DNA of 64,000 bases from Chthonomonadales bacterium (GTDB lineage: Bacteria > Armatimonadota > Chthonomonadetes > Chthonomonadales > CAJBBX01). Shown here piece by piece: positions 9,713-20,203 of the stretch. The stretch's first letter is position 1, and every line of letters begins with the position of its first letter. The position numbers and the translations under genes are program-made. Under the pieces are notes generated by a model. It was not told the DNA's origin. It did no database searches and was given only the letters and a program-made list of their open reading frames with translations. The stretch is taken from contig JBBIPC010000006.1 of NCBI GenBank assembly GCA_037443035.1, positions 64,001 through 128,000 of the forward strand. The letters run 5' to 3'.

Positions 9713-10957
9713 CTATCGCCACGGATCGTCTTCGATGAGTACGTACCCAGCCCCCAGGATCTGCGTGGGTTCTCCTTCGAACTTCAACGCGATGACGGTG
9801 TCGAGCGGTTCCGGAGCTTCTTTCGGTAGCCCTCGTAAGACGAGACGATCCCGCACTTGCTCGAAAGGTACAGTCGGTCCACCGTACAGCCTGGCTTCCT
9901 TGATCTTGCAGACTAGTCCGCCGATGGCGAGCTGTTCTCCCGGCCAGCGGTTGCAGTGGAAGAAGAGGGTGTCCCCCTTGCGCGTGAACGCGCCCGTGAT
10001 CTGCCATTCCTGTTGCATGGGGTCCGTCGCCTCGTAGATGGTTTCGCCGTACCGAGCCATCCAGTCGCCGACCTCTTCGAGCACGCTGTCGCACGGGGGT
10101 GGAACGTCTCCCTGGGGTGTCGGCCCGATGTTGAGGAGCAAGTTGCCCCCACCGGCGGCGCACTGCCGTAGCATGGCGACGACGTCCCATGCCGTTTTCC
10201 ACTTCTTGTCAATGGGCGTGTAACCCCACGACTCGTTGAAGGTCATGCAGGCTTCCCACATGCGGCCGCTCTTCTCGGGTGTGATGTGCTGTTCTGGCGT
10301 GCCAAAGTCCTCGGGAAGTTGGGACCGGTTGTTGATGACGATGTCGGGTTGAAGCTGACGCACCATGGCGTTCATCTTCGCCGACTCCCAGCCCTCGACA
10401 TCGAGAGGCCAAGAGACGTCGTACCACATGATGTCTATCTTGCCGTAGTTCGTGCACAGCTCCCGGACCTGTCCGTGGATGTAGTCCACGAATCGGCGCC
10501 TGGCGGCCTCGTCCTTCTTGCACTTGGCTCCGTCGGGATGATGCCAGTCCATCATGCTATAGTAGAAACCCACGCGCAGACCTTCTGCGCGCGCGGCCTC
10601 CACGTATTCAGCGACAAGATCGCGTCCCGGACCATGCTTGGGAGCGCAGTAGTCGGTGAGTGCCGAATCGAACAGGCAGAAACCCTCATGATGTTTGGTC
10701 GTCATGACCATGTAGCGCATGCCCGCGCGTTTGGCCAGTCGGGCCCATTCGCGGATGCACCCTGGGCGTGGCTTCCATGTGTCGGCAAGTGGTTCGTACT
10801 CCGCGATGGGTATACGCTCACGGTTCATTACCCATTCATGGCGTCCCAGTTGCGAGTAGAGTCCCCAGTGAATGAACATGCCGAAGCGCGCGGCCCGAAA
10901 CCACGCGAGCCGTCTCTCGCGGTCCTGCTCCTCCGGAGGCAAAGTGCTCTCTGTCAT
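9713..10957 (-). CDS. Alpha-L-fucosidase (GH29)
   Basis: ARFGMFIHWG, TTKHHEGF, WYD nucleophile, NNR, NLLLNIGP. Confidence 0.95.
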   Translation of the reverse strand: MTESTLPPEEQDRERRLAWFRAARFGMFIHWGLYSQLGRHEWVMNRERIPIAEYEPLADTWKPRPGCIREWARLAKRAGMRYMVMTTKHHEGFCLFDSALTDYCAPKHGPGRDLVAEYVEAARAEGLRVGFYYSMMDWHHPDGAKCKKDEAARRRFVDYIHGQVRELCTNYGKIDIMWYDVSWPLDVEGWESAKMNAMVRQLQPDIVINNRSQLPEDFGTPEQHITPEKSGRMWEACMTFNESWGYTPIDKKWKTAWDVVAMLRQCAAGGGNLLLNIGPTPQGDVPPPCDSVLEEVGDWMARYGETIYEATDPMQQEWQITGAFTRKGDTLFFHCNRWPGEQLAIGGLVCKIKEARLYGGPTVPFEQVRDRLVLRGLPKEAPEPLDTVIALKFEGEPTQILGAGYVLIEDDPWR

Positions 10958-11098
10958 GTTGCCATGTCCCTCCAGTCGTATGGTTGATCTGTCGCTATTT
11001 CGTCGTCCAGCGTCGAACTCCTGTCGGGAAACCGCCCTTCACCCGCGACTCGTACATAGCTGAAAGATCGGGATCAACCATTCGGGGGTGGCTACATC

Positions 11099-11752
11099 AT
11101 GAGGGACAGATCGCCTGCCAACGGTTCCATCCTGTTGGCCGCGCTTCTCGGGGTTGTGATCGGTGCTATCGGTGGTTACTACGGGCGATTCTGGGTCGAG
11201 AAGGACTCAGCACCGAGCCTGCCCCCAGGCACCCGTACGGGCGTCTCTGCACGATCCCCGACTCAGGCACCAGTCATGCCAGCGATGGGCGGAGCGATGG
11301 GCGTGGCATCGGCGTCGGAACCCGGGTTTGCCTTGGCACGCACCGTCCGCAGCCTAGCGACGATTCAGCGCGTCCAGGGCAAGGGCCTAGCCCGTGACCA
11401 AGCGAAGGCTCTCCTTCCACTGCTCAAGAAGTTCCGACAAGCCGACAGGCTGCCGGCATCGGAGACAGGCGCGAGCCTGGACACCATTATGAAGGCGCTC
11501 TCCGAGGAGCAACGGAACGCTCTAGGCTCCATGAACCCATTTCGCAGGGCTTCGGGCGCGGCTGGGAGGACGAGCGCTCCATCAGGGCCACCAACCCGCC
11601 CGGTCATCGCTGGGCTGGCATCACCAGGAAGTGCCGGAGCGGGGGGGCCTGGCATGGGGTTGTCCATGGACCCTGAACGGCCATTCGCTGACGAGCGAAA
11701 TCGGGCGGCGCTCGACGAGCTGATCGGAATGCTCGAGAAGCTCGCAAAATAG
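11099..11752 (+). CDS. Hypothetical protein with N-terminal membrane anchor
   Basis: Hydrophobic N-terminus; helical LARDQAKALLPLL...LSEEQR segment; Gly/Pro linkers. Confidence 0.65.
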   Translation: MRDRSPANGSILLAALLGVVIGAIGGYYGRFWVEKDSAPSLPPGTRTGVSARSPTQAPVMPAMGGAMGVASASEPGFALARTVRSLATIQRVQGKGLARDQAKALLPLLKKFRQADRLPASETGASLDTIMKALSEEQRNALGSMNPFRRASGAAGRTSAPSGPPTRPVIAGLASPGSAGAGGPGMGLSMDPERPFADERNRAALDELIGMLEKLAK

Positions 11753-11796
11753 GCATCATACGAGGCGGCTGCGGTACGCAGTACTCCCAGTTGCGC

Positions 11797-14379
11797 TTAT
11801 CCCGTTACAACCAAAGATGTACCATGCACAAGATTCACAGGGGATGCGAGGACGATCCGACCGGCCAGCGAACTGCAAGGGCGTTCGACTCCGTCCACGC
11901 TGACGGTGCATGATCCGGGATCCACGAGTGGTACCTCCAGTACCTGCAGCGGCACCTCACCCCACAGGATCTGCAGAGTCGTCTGAAGTCTATCACCTAC
12001 GCGCCCCATGCTTGCGACACCCCACGCCGTACCAGCGGTGAAGAACGTCCGGAAGGGATACTCGGCGCGGCACGGTACGATCCGCAGGAGGCCCTTCGTT
12101 GCATCGTAATGGTAGCCCGACAGCGCCAGCAGCACACTCCACGACGACATTGCGCGTGCGTAGTGATGGCCGCACTCCGGTTCATTCCACGGATTGCGCT
12201 TGGCACCGTCATGCCGCGAACGGACTGTACGGACGACTTCGAGGCCTTCGTCTGTGAAGCCCTCGTAGACCAAGTGGGCGGCCACCTGGTACTCGATACC
12301 TGTCCAGACCTCGTCAGCGTAGGGGAACGGATACGCGGGACGACCGCCTTGCGGCCAGGTGCAGAGGAGTAGACCGCCTTCGTCATTGAGCGCGTAAACT
12401 CGCTGGACGCTTTGATGGTCGCTGAGGTCGCGTCGGAAATTGTGCTGGTAGATGGCACGGATGGAGGAGCGCACAGCGTCACCCGGCAGCAGATCGCCAA
12501 GCCCAACCACTCGTGCGAACCACTGACCCAGAAGGTGGTCAGACAGGCAGCCCTGTCCGTATTGGTACCGAGGATAGTCGGAGGAGTCGGGCTGCAGGGC
12601 TGACGTCTCGAGGCCGGAGCCAGGCTTCAGAACGATCTGTTCGAAGTAGGACCCGTTCCAGAGCAGCTCCATATGTCTGCGCCGACCTTTCTCGAACACA
12701 TCCCGGTAGCGGTCGGCAGTCTCCTCTTTCCCCAAGGCTCGTGCCATCTCTTCCGCCGCTCGGAGGGCGCCAAGGTAGAGGGTACCCATCATGGTATTGG
12801 GTCCGTGGAACTCGATATCGTATGTGTTGTGTTGTTCGCCTTCCATGACGCCGTCCTGGTCAGCATCCCATCCACCTGGGCGCCACGCATACTCCAGCGC
12901 TCTCGTAACACCGGGCCACATACGCTCGAGGAAGGTCCGGTCGCCGCACTGAAGCCATTCCCGATACACCTTCAAGATGGTGCCCATCTGGCCGTCTGCG
13001 GCTGGTTTGAAGTCCCATAGCTGCGGACCGAGTGGCAGCAACGTGCGAAATGCCATGTCTCCATCCTGCCGCGTGTTGTGGCAGAAATCTGTCTCGCGCA
13101 TGGTGCGCTCGAGCTGGGGAAACAGGAAGGCCAACGCCTGCTCGTAGTTCCATACATGGGTGCAGTTCATAGGGCAACAGCCGCTGTTGTCACCACATCC
13201 TTCGAACCCATGGAACCGACCATCTTCGGTGCGAATGCAGGTGGTGGTGCGGATGGTGGACATGTTGGCGGACACTGCGTCGAGGACCTCGGCAGGCAGC
13301 GTGCTGTCGAAAAAGGCCGTGGTGAACGTATCCGTCTCCGCAGCCAGCTTCGGCAGCTCTGCCACGACGTACCTCGCTACCGCCCAGGCGTCAGGCCACT
13401 GGGTGGCGTACCAATTGCCCAATCGGCGTCCCCGTACAGCCTCCTCGGAGTTCCAGTAGTTGTACAGGTTAGGAAAATGCCAGCTAACGACATACGGTAC
13501 CGTCACGCTTCCACCTGGGGGTAGATGCGCGCGTACTCCCAGGGAGCCAACGTCGGACTGTCCGTCAGGACTGGGCTCAGGTTCCGGACCGTTCGCAAGA
13601 AGGCCGTCGCTGGCAAAGTCATCCCAGAACGCCTGTACATCATCCCACCAGCCCGCGCGCTCCCAGCGCGTCAGATACGTAACATCGTGGGAAGTCGTGG
13701 CGACGGCCATGGAGCCAAAACGCACGTCCTGCGGACTGTACTTCTTCGTCGCCATGGCCAGGCCACTCACATCGCGATCCTCGACGAAGCGGTTCACGTT
13801 GCGCCCGAGCTGGGGATGGTACCGGTTTCCTGGCATCTCGGTACCGTCAAGGCCGCACGCGTTCAGAATGCTGAGACAGAGAGTGACACTGACGTCGTGA
13901 GGGGTCGGATTCTTCACGGTCCATGCGAACACCGCACAGGGGAGTCCGCTGATCATGTCGTCCATGGGAACGAAGGGGTTGAACGCTTCCAGTGTAACCT
14001 CGACAGGCAGACGGTCGTCTAGAAACTCGAGCCGTGCCACCGGGTATGCACCCGTAAAGACCACTTCGGCGAGTCGAGGAAGACCGCTGACAAGGCCGGT
14101 AGGCAGGCCGGAGCCGGCATCATAGGGCGGCAAGATGCGGCGCTCGAGGACCCTGGCGAGCGGCGGTTGGTCTGCTAGCTGGGCCCAGATGGCGAAGAAC
14201 GTATACGGTAGGTGACGGCCCTTTGCGGGACGGTTGAATATCTCCCAGTCGCACAGATTTCCCCGTCCTCCCAGCGACACGGTGCCTGTCCCGATGCCAC
14301 CGAGCGGGAAAGCGATGCGACGGAGGCTCTCGCCAGTGAAGCGACGTGCGTTGAGTGCTATGCGATCCCAGGAAAACAC
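11797..14379 (-). CDS. GH116 glycoside hydrolase (GBA2 family)
   Basis: FPLGGIGTG, WEIFN, GFEG, AADGQMG, QHNTYD, EVWTGIEY, NPWNEPECGHHYARAM; GTG 14379 after GAGGAGG. Confidence 0.93.
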   Translation of the reverse strand: MFSWDRIALNARRFTGESLRRIAFPLGGIGTGTVSLGGRGNLCDWEIFNRPAKGRHLPYTFFAIWAQLADQPPLARVLERRILPPYDAGSGLPTGLVSGLPRLAEVVFTGAYPVARLEFLDDRLPVEVTLEAFNPFVPMDDMISGLPCAVFAWTVKNPTPHDVSVTLCLSILNACGLDGTEMPGNRYHPQLGRNVNRFVEDRDVSGLAMATKKYSPQDVRFGSMAVATTSHDVTYLTRWERAGWWDDVQAFWDDFASDGLLANGPEPEPSPDGQSDVGSLGVRAHLPPGGSVTVPYVVSWHFPNLYNYWNSEEAVRGRRLGNWYATQWPDAWAVARYVVAELPKLAAETDTFTTAFFDSTLPAEVLDAVSANMSTIRTTTCIRTEDGRFHGFEGCGDNSGCCPMNCTHVWNYEQALAFLFPQLERTMRETDFCHNTRQDGDMAFRTLLPLGPQLWDFKPAADGQMGTILKVYREWLQCGDRTFLERMWPGVTRALEYAWRPGGWDADQDGVMEGEQHNTYDIEFHGPNTMMGTLYLGALRAAEEMARALGKEETADRYRDVFEKGRRRHMELLWNGSYFEQIVLKPGSGLETSALQPDSSDYPRYQYGQGCLSDHLLGQWFARVVGLGDLLPGDAVRSSIRAIYQHNFRRDLSDHQSVQRVYALNDEGGLLLCTWPQGGRPAYPFPYADEVWTGIEYQVAAHLVYEGFTDEGLEVVRTVRSRHDGAKRNPWNEPECGHHYARAMSSWSVLLALSGYHYDATKGLLRIVPCRAEYPFRTFFTAGTAWGVASMGRVGDRLQTTLQILWGEVPLQVLEVPLVDPGSCTVSVDGVERPCSSLAGRIVLASPVNLVHGTSLVVTG

Positions 14380-14559
14380 GGAGTATCCTCCTCTGGCGCG
14401 TCTCGCATGCCGCGGAGACACGCCGCCGCGGAAGCGATTCGCTGGAGGATGACGGATTCCTGCTCCTGTCTTGCGTATAGAGCCGTAAGAATGGGCGGTC
14501 GGCCGGTGAAACCGTAAGAAGGCGAGGGTGTCTAGAGCCAAGGGAAGGGGAATGCGCTG

Positions 14560-15507
14560 TTGAGTTACGCGACGCTTGTTACACAAGCCAGACGGATCGT
14601 GGAATCGGTCGAGATCGCCATACGAGGCAAACGCGACGTCATAGAGGCCGCCGTCGGGGCACTACTGGCGAACGGTCACCTGCTCATCGAAGACATCCCG
14701 GGAGTAGGCAAGACGACACTTGCCAAGGCGATCGCCCGTTCGGTGGGTTGCGAGTTCAAGCGCATCCAGTTCACGCCCGACCTCCTGCCTTCCGACTTGA
14801 CCGGCACGTCGATCTTCAATCAGAAGCGGGGCGAGTTCGAGTTTCGGCCCGGCCCAGTGTTCGCCAACATCGTTCTCGCAGACGAGATCAATCGTGCGAC
14901 ACCGAAGACGCAGTCCGCCCTGCTGGAGTGCATGGAAGAGCGTCAAGTGACCGTGGACGGCTGCACGTATGCGCTTCCCGGGCCGTTCTTTGTTATTGCC
15001 ACGCAGAACAATATCGAGCTGCAAGGCACTTATCCCCTGCCCGAGGCTCAGCTCGATCGGTTCATTGCTCGCATCTCCATCGGCTATCCGAGCACGGAGG
15101 TCGAGCTGGAGATCCTCGGGGCGCAGGCTCGATCCCAGTTGGTCGAGCAGATCCGTCCTGTCATGACGGCGGAAGACGTCGTGGAGCTTCAGGCTGCGGT
15201 ACGTGAAGTCCGCGTCGATCCATCCCTGCAGAGGTACATCGTCTCGATCGTCTCCAACACGCGTCGAGACAATGACCTCTATCTCGGGGCGAGCCCACGC
15301 GGGTCGTTGGCGCTGATGCGCTTGGCACAGGCACGGGCCATGCTGAACGGGCGAGCGTATGTGTTGCCCGACGATGTCAAGGCCTGCGCCGTCAGCGCTT
15401 TGGCCCATCGTGTGATACTCAAGTCCGATTCCCGTGTGCGCGGCATATCCGCAAACACGCACATCGAGGACCTTCTCATGGACGTGCGCGTGCCAGTCGA
15501 ACCGTAA
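14560..15507 (+). CDS. MoxR-family AAA+ ATPase
   Basis: EDIPGVGKT, RIQFTPDLLPSD, DEINRA, YPLPEAQLDRF, GASPRG. Confidence 0.95.
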   Translation: MSYATLVTQARRIVESVEIAIRGKRDVIEAAVGALLANGHLLIEDIPGVGKTTLAKAIARSVGCEFKRIQFTPDLLPSDLTGTSIFNQKRGEFEFRPGPVFANIVLADEINRATPKTQSALLECMEERQVTVDGCTYALPGPFFVIATQNNIELQGTYPLPEAQLDRFIARISIGYPSTEVELEILGAQARSQLVEQIRPVMTAEDVVELQAAVREVRVDPSLQRYIVSIVSNTRRDNDLYLGASPRGSLALMRLAQARAMLNGRAYVLPDDVKACAVSALAHRVILKSDSRVRGISANTHIEDLLMDVRVPVEP

Positions 15508-15516
15508 AGACTGTCC

Positions 15517-16770
15517 ATGTCCCACGTGAAGCTCACCACCATCGTGACCACGGCAGTGTTCCTGGCGGCTGCCGGAACCGTCGCCAATGGCTGGCAGTTG
15601 TATTTCATGGCAGGCATCGTTCTGAGCTTGCCACTCGCCTCCGCAGCGATAGCGCGCCTTTCCCTCATGAACTTGGTCGTCGAGCGTGTGCTGCCTCCCC
15701 ATGCCTGGGTCGGCGAGGACATCCCCATCACGCTGCGCATACGAGCCCGCGACTCCTGGCCCCGTATCGGCATGCAGGTCCGAGAGACCGTAGGGGACTA
15801 CCTGGAGAACGTAGACGAACACCCCAGTGTCTTCGATATCCCGCCACGCGCTACGGCCGAGGCGCAGTACCACGTCAAGGCGGCGAAGCGGGGCGTGTAC
15901 AACCTGGAAGCGCTGGAAATCGGTGCGCACGATCCTCTGGGTCTATTCGTCCTGGAGTTGTCGCAGCCGGCATACCAGCAGTTGGAGGTTCTGCCGGTTC
16001 CGGAGCCGTTGCCGTATGTTGAGGCTATGGGGTTCGACCAGCAACAATACCACGACGTGCCGTACGCGGTTGTCAGGGGAAGCGGCATGGACCCGCACGG
16101 CGTAAGACAATACATGCCAGGAGATCCTCTGCGCCGCATGCACTGGAAGACCGTTGCGCGCACCGGCGAGTTCCACGTCATCGAGTTCGAGGAACCACGC
16201 GCTGTCTCTGTGACCATCGTGCTCGACTGTTTCGAGGGCGGGAACCATGGCACGGGACCGACAAGCTCGTTCGAACTTCTCGTCCGCACGGCCGCGTCGC
16301 TCGCCGACATGGCGATACGTCAGGGGAGCGAGGTATGTCTGATCTGCACCGATCCAACCGGAGTTGCTGAGGAACCTGGCAGAGGCCAGCAACACTTGCT
16401 GGCCATGCTGTCCTCCCTGGCTCGTGTCCAACCGGCTGCGCGTACGCGCATCGGCTCGAGCCTCGAGCACGTTCGCCGCCAGGTCATGCCTGGAAGCACC
16501 GTCTTCGTTCTGACGGGTGATACAGACGAGGAACTTGTCGAAGCAGTACACTTGCTTCGGGCTCAGGGCGCGTTCCCTGCGGTGTTCTGGGCCGATCCCA
16601 GTGCGTTCAGCGGAGGATCTCTACTCTCGGACGCGCTGGCGCGGCTGGGATGGCATGGCACTGCTGACGCGAACTTCAAGGACTCCCTCCTGGCCACTCA
16701 GGTCGCCATGTTCACTGTGGAGCTTTCTGAACGCGGAACGCTACTCGTGGAGCCTCCTGCCGATGCCTGA
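15517..16770 (+). CDS. DUF58 domain protein
   Basis: RGVY, DPLGLF, VRQYMPGDPLRRMHWKTVAR; follows MoxR. Confidence 0.9.
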   Translation: MSHVKLTTIVTTAVFLAAAGTVANGWQLYFMAGIVLSLPLASAAIARLSLMNLVVERVLPPHAWVGEDIPITLRIRARDSWPRIGMQVRETVGDYLENVDEHPSVFDIPPRATAEAQYHVKAAKRGVYNLEALEIGAHDPLGLFVLELSQPAYQQLEVLPVPEPLPYVEAMGFDQQQYHDVPYAVVRGSGMDPHGVRQYMPGDPLRRMHWKTVARTGEFHVIEFEEPRAVSVTIVLDCFEGGNHGTGPTSSFELLVRTAASLADMAIRQGSEVCLICTDPTGVAEEPGRGQQHLLAMLSSLARVQPAARTRIGSSLEHVRRQVMPGSTVFVLTGDTDEELVEAVHLLRAQGAFPAVFWADPSAFSGGSLLSDALARLGWHGTADANFKDSLLATQVAMFTVELSERGTLLVEPPADA

Positions 16771-18991
16771 AGCGTCCTATCGTATCACGCCGCCTACTCA
16801 GGACGACGATCGCGAGCCTGCTCCGAGCGGCATTCACTACCTATCGGCCTATGCCATCACAGTGTGCGGCTTCTACACGGCGTTCGTTGGTCTCGGCATC
16901 GAGGAGCCCCTCTTCCTGATCGTGGTCCTGGCCTTATCAACGGTCGGCTTCCTTGTTAGTTACACGACACGCAACCTCCCTTCATCCGGATGGTCCATAG
17001 CCGCACTTGTAGGTAGCGTCATGGGCGCGCTCATGCTGCGGGCCGTTTCTGGATCGTCGGCCGAGGCACTATTCCCCGCGGCGACAGAAGGCGCCGTTCA
17101 TCGTAGCCTTGGAGCGTTCCTCTGTTGGCTGCTCGTCCTGCTGAGCTATGCACAGCTCAGTAGCGGTTGGTTGCTGTTCATGTGTGTGCCGACTGCTGCC
17201 ATCATGGGCATCGCCGGCACTACATCATCTGAACCCATCATCCTCTGGTCCTGGGCGTTCTTCATTCTGGTGAGCACGTTCATGCTCGTCCACGATAGCC
17301 ATGCGCGTCTCTTGGCACGACGTCACCTCCGACGGTCCCCACCTAGTCTGGAGATGCGGCTCGTGGTCCAGATTTACATAGCAGCGGCGTGTAGCATCGG
17401 TGCTATGGTGACGGGTCGCATTCTGTCCCAGCCCATGGACATCCTCGGTTCGGCCATCGGACCGCTCGGCGGTGCGGTCAGTGCAAGACCGACGCCGACC
17501 GCCAGTGAGACCCCGACGGCCGTTGGCGTGACAGAATCGACGGCGCTCCCTGTCGGGGGGCAGAGTGACAGCCGTGACGATACGGTGATCCTCCGAATCC
17601 GTGCGGCGCACGGGGCAAACTGGCGAGGCGCAACTTACGACGAGTACAATGGCCGAGGCTGGAATTCGAGTCTTAGCGGTTGGCCTCTGGAGTTCGCAGA
17701 CAGATCAACGTCCACCAGAATGCTGCTCGACGGTCGTCTCTGGCCTGGCAGGGATGTCGTTATTCCCGAGGGCGAGTTGAACGCCGTACCGGCGCGATCC
17801 CACACTCTCCAGCAGTATGTGCGGGTCGAGTCGACCGCCAGGTTGGACACACTCTACGCAGCGGCAGAAGCCAGATCTTTCCGACTACGCGCCGGAGATC
17901 TGCACTACGCGTGGTACACGGGTGGCCGATGCACGGTGGATGAGAGCGGCTCAGTACGCCTTCCGAACGAAATCAGCAACACAGGCTACGTGGCCGTCTC
18001 CGAAGTGGCCGATTGGACAGAGGACTCGCTGCGGAAGAGCAGGGCTGTGCTCTCCATCGAGGAAGCAGACACGTACACGTCGCTCAACGTGAGAGAGGAA
18101 GTCCGGCAGCGACTGCGAGAGGTCGCCATCTCTGTGACGAAGGATCAGACCTCCGACTATGACCGAATCGTCGCCCTGAAGCGGTATCTGGGAAAACAGT
18201 GCGTCTACAATGCACTTGCGACATCGTCGGCGGACGAGACCGAGGATGCAGTCATTCAGTTTCTCTTCCACACGCGGTCAGGCACGTGCCAGCATTTCGC
18301 TACGTCGCTGGCGGTCCTGTGCAGAACGATAGGCATTCCGTCGCGCGTAGCATCCGGTTTCGCTCCTGGTACGCCTAACGCTGCTGGCACAGAGTTCATC
18401 GTCCGCGCAAGGGACAAGCACCTGTGGACCGAGGTCTGGTTCGCCGGGGTGGGTTGGGTGCCGTTCGAGGCCACCGAGGACGCGCTGGATGTTACCCCTC
18501 AGTCAGCCTTGGACCGAATCCGCGCGAGCCAGGGCTGGATTCGGAACGTATTGCGCCGGAACGTTCTCTCAGCGTTGCTCGGCACTGGCGCCCTGCTGCT
18601 AGTGCTCTATGTTGTCTTGCGCGAAGTTCTCAACCGACGAACCAACCGTGGACGAATGGCGCCTGGTGTCAGCATCCACGGTGCGTACGTACTGATGGCC
18701 TATGCGAGCATGAACAAGAGATTACGTCGTTGGAAGCTGGAGCGCAGACTGCACGAGACTCCGGAGGAACATGCCGCACGCCTGCGAAGGCACTTGGGGT
18801 CAGCTGGCATACAATGCCCCGAGCTGGCCGAGCTCACGACTCTGGTCGAACGAGCGAGGTATGCTGGGGACGCGATGTGCATGGCGGATGCGAAACGTGC
18901 AAGGCGACTCGCCAGCATGATCGCGGAGAAAGCACGGGACGCCGCGGCAATGCCTGTCCGGCGGCTGAAAGTGGAGGTAGCCGGATCTTGA
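16763..18991 (+). CDS. Membrane transglutaminase-domain protein (TgpA-like, C-terminal DUF4129-like)
   Basis: Multi-TM N-terminus, WRGATYDEYNG, GTCQHFATSLAVL, HLWTEVWFAGVGWVPFE, ETPEEH. Confidence 0.88.
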   Translation: MPEASYRITPPTQDDDREPAPSGIHYLSAYAITVCGFYTAFVGLGIEEPLFLIVVLALSTVGFLVSYTTRNLPSSGWSIAALVGSVMGALMLRAVSGSSAEALFPAATEGAVHRSLGAFLCWLLVLLSYAQLSSGWLLFMCVPTAAIMGIAGTTSSEPIILWSWAFFILVSTFMLVHDSHARLLARRHLRRSPPSLEMRLVVQIYIAAACSIGAMVTGRILSQPMDILGSAIGPLGGAVSARPTPTASETPTAVGVTESTALPVGGQSDSRDDTVILRIRAAHGANWRGATYDEYNGRGWNSSLSGWPLEFADRSTSTRMLLDGRLWPGRDVVIPEGELNAVPARSHTLQQYVRVESTARLDTLYAAAEARSFRLRAGDLHYAWYTGGRCTVDESGSVRLPNEISNTGYVAVSEVADWTEDSLRKSRAVLSIEEADTYTSLNVREEVRQRLREVAISVTKDQTSDYDRIVALKRYLGKQCVYNALATSSADETEDAVIQFLFHTRSGTCQHFATSLAVLCRTIGIPSRVASGFAPGTPNAAGTEFIVRARDKHLWTEVWFAGVGWVPFEATEDALDVTPQSALDRIRASQGWIRNVLRRNVLSALLGTGALLLVLYVVLREVLNRRTNRGRMAPGVSIHGAYVLMAYASMNKRLRRWKLERRLHETPEEHAARLRRHLGSAGIQCPELAELTTLVERARYAGDAMCMADAKRARRLASMIAEKARDAAAMPVRRLKVEVAGS

Positions 18992-20139
18992 GCGAGTTCG
19001 TGGTCACTCCAGCTAGCGGCGACGCGTGGCTCGCCGTACGGCAGCGTGCGTACCTCCTATGCGGCGACGATGATCAGAGTATTCTGGACGCGGCCCGATC
19101 TATACAGGAACGCTTCCTCGAGGAAGATGCCGCTGACTTCGACTTGGACGACCTTGACGCTGAGACAACTCCCATCGAAGACATCATTGGCAGCATTCAA
19201 CGAGAGCCTCTGCTTGGTGATGTTCGGATGGTCGTCGTGCGCGCGGCCGGAATCTTGCGACGCCGCGACAAGGCCCGCAGCGCAGATCTGCTGGCGGATG
19301 CTATTCGCCAATTGGGTCCTCGGTCGTGCTTGGTATTGATCAAGAGGCCGACCGGAGAAGTAACTCGGAAGGGCGCGGCGATCCTGACCGCCAAGCTCGA
19401 TTCCGCAGTTCGTGACGTCGGGGCGATTGTGCGTTGTCCGGCGCTCGACCAAGAGGGTATGGTGCGATGGATAGAGCAGTATGTGGCTCAGTGCGGCAAG
19501 AGCATTACGAAGGAGGCAGCGCATCGGCTCGTGGCCCGGGGCAGTCCTGATCGGATCGCTGTCGGGCACGACTTGGACAGACTGATTGCCTATATCGGCA
19601 GCAGAAAGCGCATCGAGGCGAGCGACGTGCATGCCTTGGTCGCGCAGGATCCGGAAGATGTCATGTTCCGACTCGTGGATGCGATCTCGTCTCGGCGGAC
19701 GGGAGAAGCCCTCATGCTTCTTCGGGCAGCCAGCCGGTATGAGACGCGGCCCCATGCACTGGCGGGACGGTTCCTGGCTCTCGTCGAACGGCAGCTCCGT
19801 CTCCTGTATCAGGCGCGTGAGCTGCGATCGCTTGGTGTCGGCATGAGCGAGCTGAGAACCCTCCCCCAAGAGATTGCCGCTGACCTCCCCAACGATGCGA
19901 GCATCGTGTCCATGTCGTGGAGAGCATCGTCGTACGCACGAGATGCGGCGCAGTGGACTCGTGCCGAGCTGGTTCAGGCTTTCGGGCTGCTAGTGCAGTG
20001 CGATGCCGCCAACAAGGGGGATGAGGCAGGACACGAAAACCCGCTTGCGAACCTCGAGCAGCTCGTCATCCTCTTGTGCGATCGCTCGCTCGCGATGGGG
20101 CGAACAACAACAGACCTGCCCCTCCGCGGGCAGGTCTGA
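18988..20139 (+). CDS. holA: DNA polymerase III subunit delta
   Basis: YLLCGDD, PLLGDVRMVVVR, DLDRLIAY, MFRLVDAI; convergent with rpsT as in the usual holA-rpsT layout; TTG after GGAGG. Confidence 0.85.
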   Translation: MSEFVVTPASGDAWLAVRQRAYLLCGDDDQSILDAARSIQERFLEEDAADFDLDDLDAETTPIEDIIGSIQREPLLGDVRMVVVRAAGILRRRDKARSADLLADAIRQLGPRSCLVLIKRPTGEVTRKGAAILTAKLDSAVRDVGAIVRCPALDQEGMVRWIEQYVAQCGKSITKEAAHRLVARGSPDRIAVGHDLDRLIAYIGSRKRIEASDVHALVAQDPEDVMFRLVDAISSRRTGEALMLLRAASRYETRPHALAGRFLALVERQLRLLYQARELRSLGVGMSELRTLPQEIAADLPNDASIVSMSWRASSYARDAAQWTRAELVQAFGLLVQCDAANKGDEAGHENPLANLEQLVILLCDRSLAMGRTTTDLPLRGQV

Positions 20140-20203
20140 TCAAGCATCGGATTCCGACCGCTATGCGGTCAGAGGAGACGAGTTTGCGGACGCCAAAGCG
20201 ATT

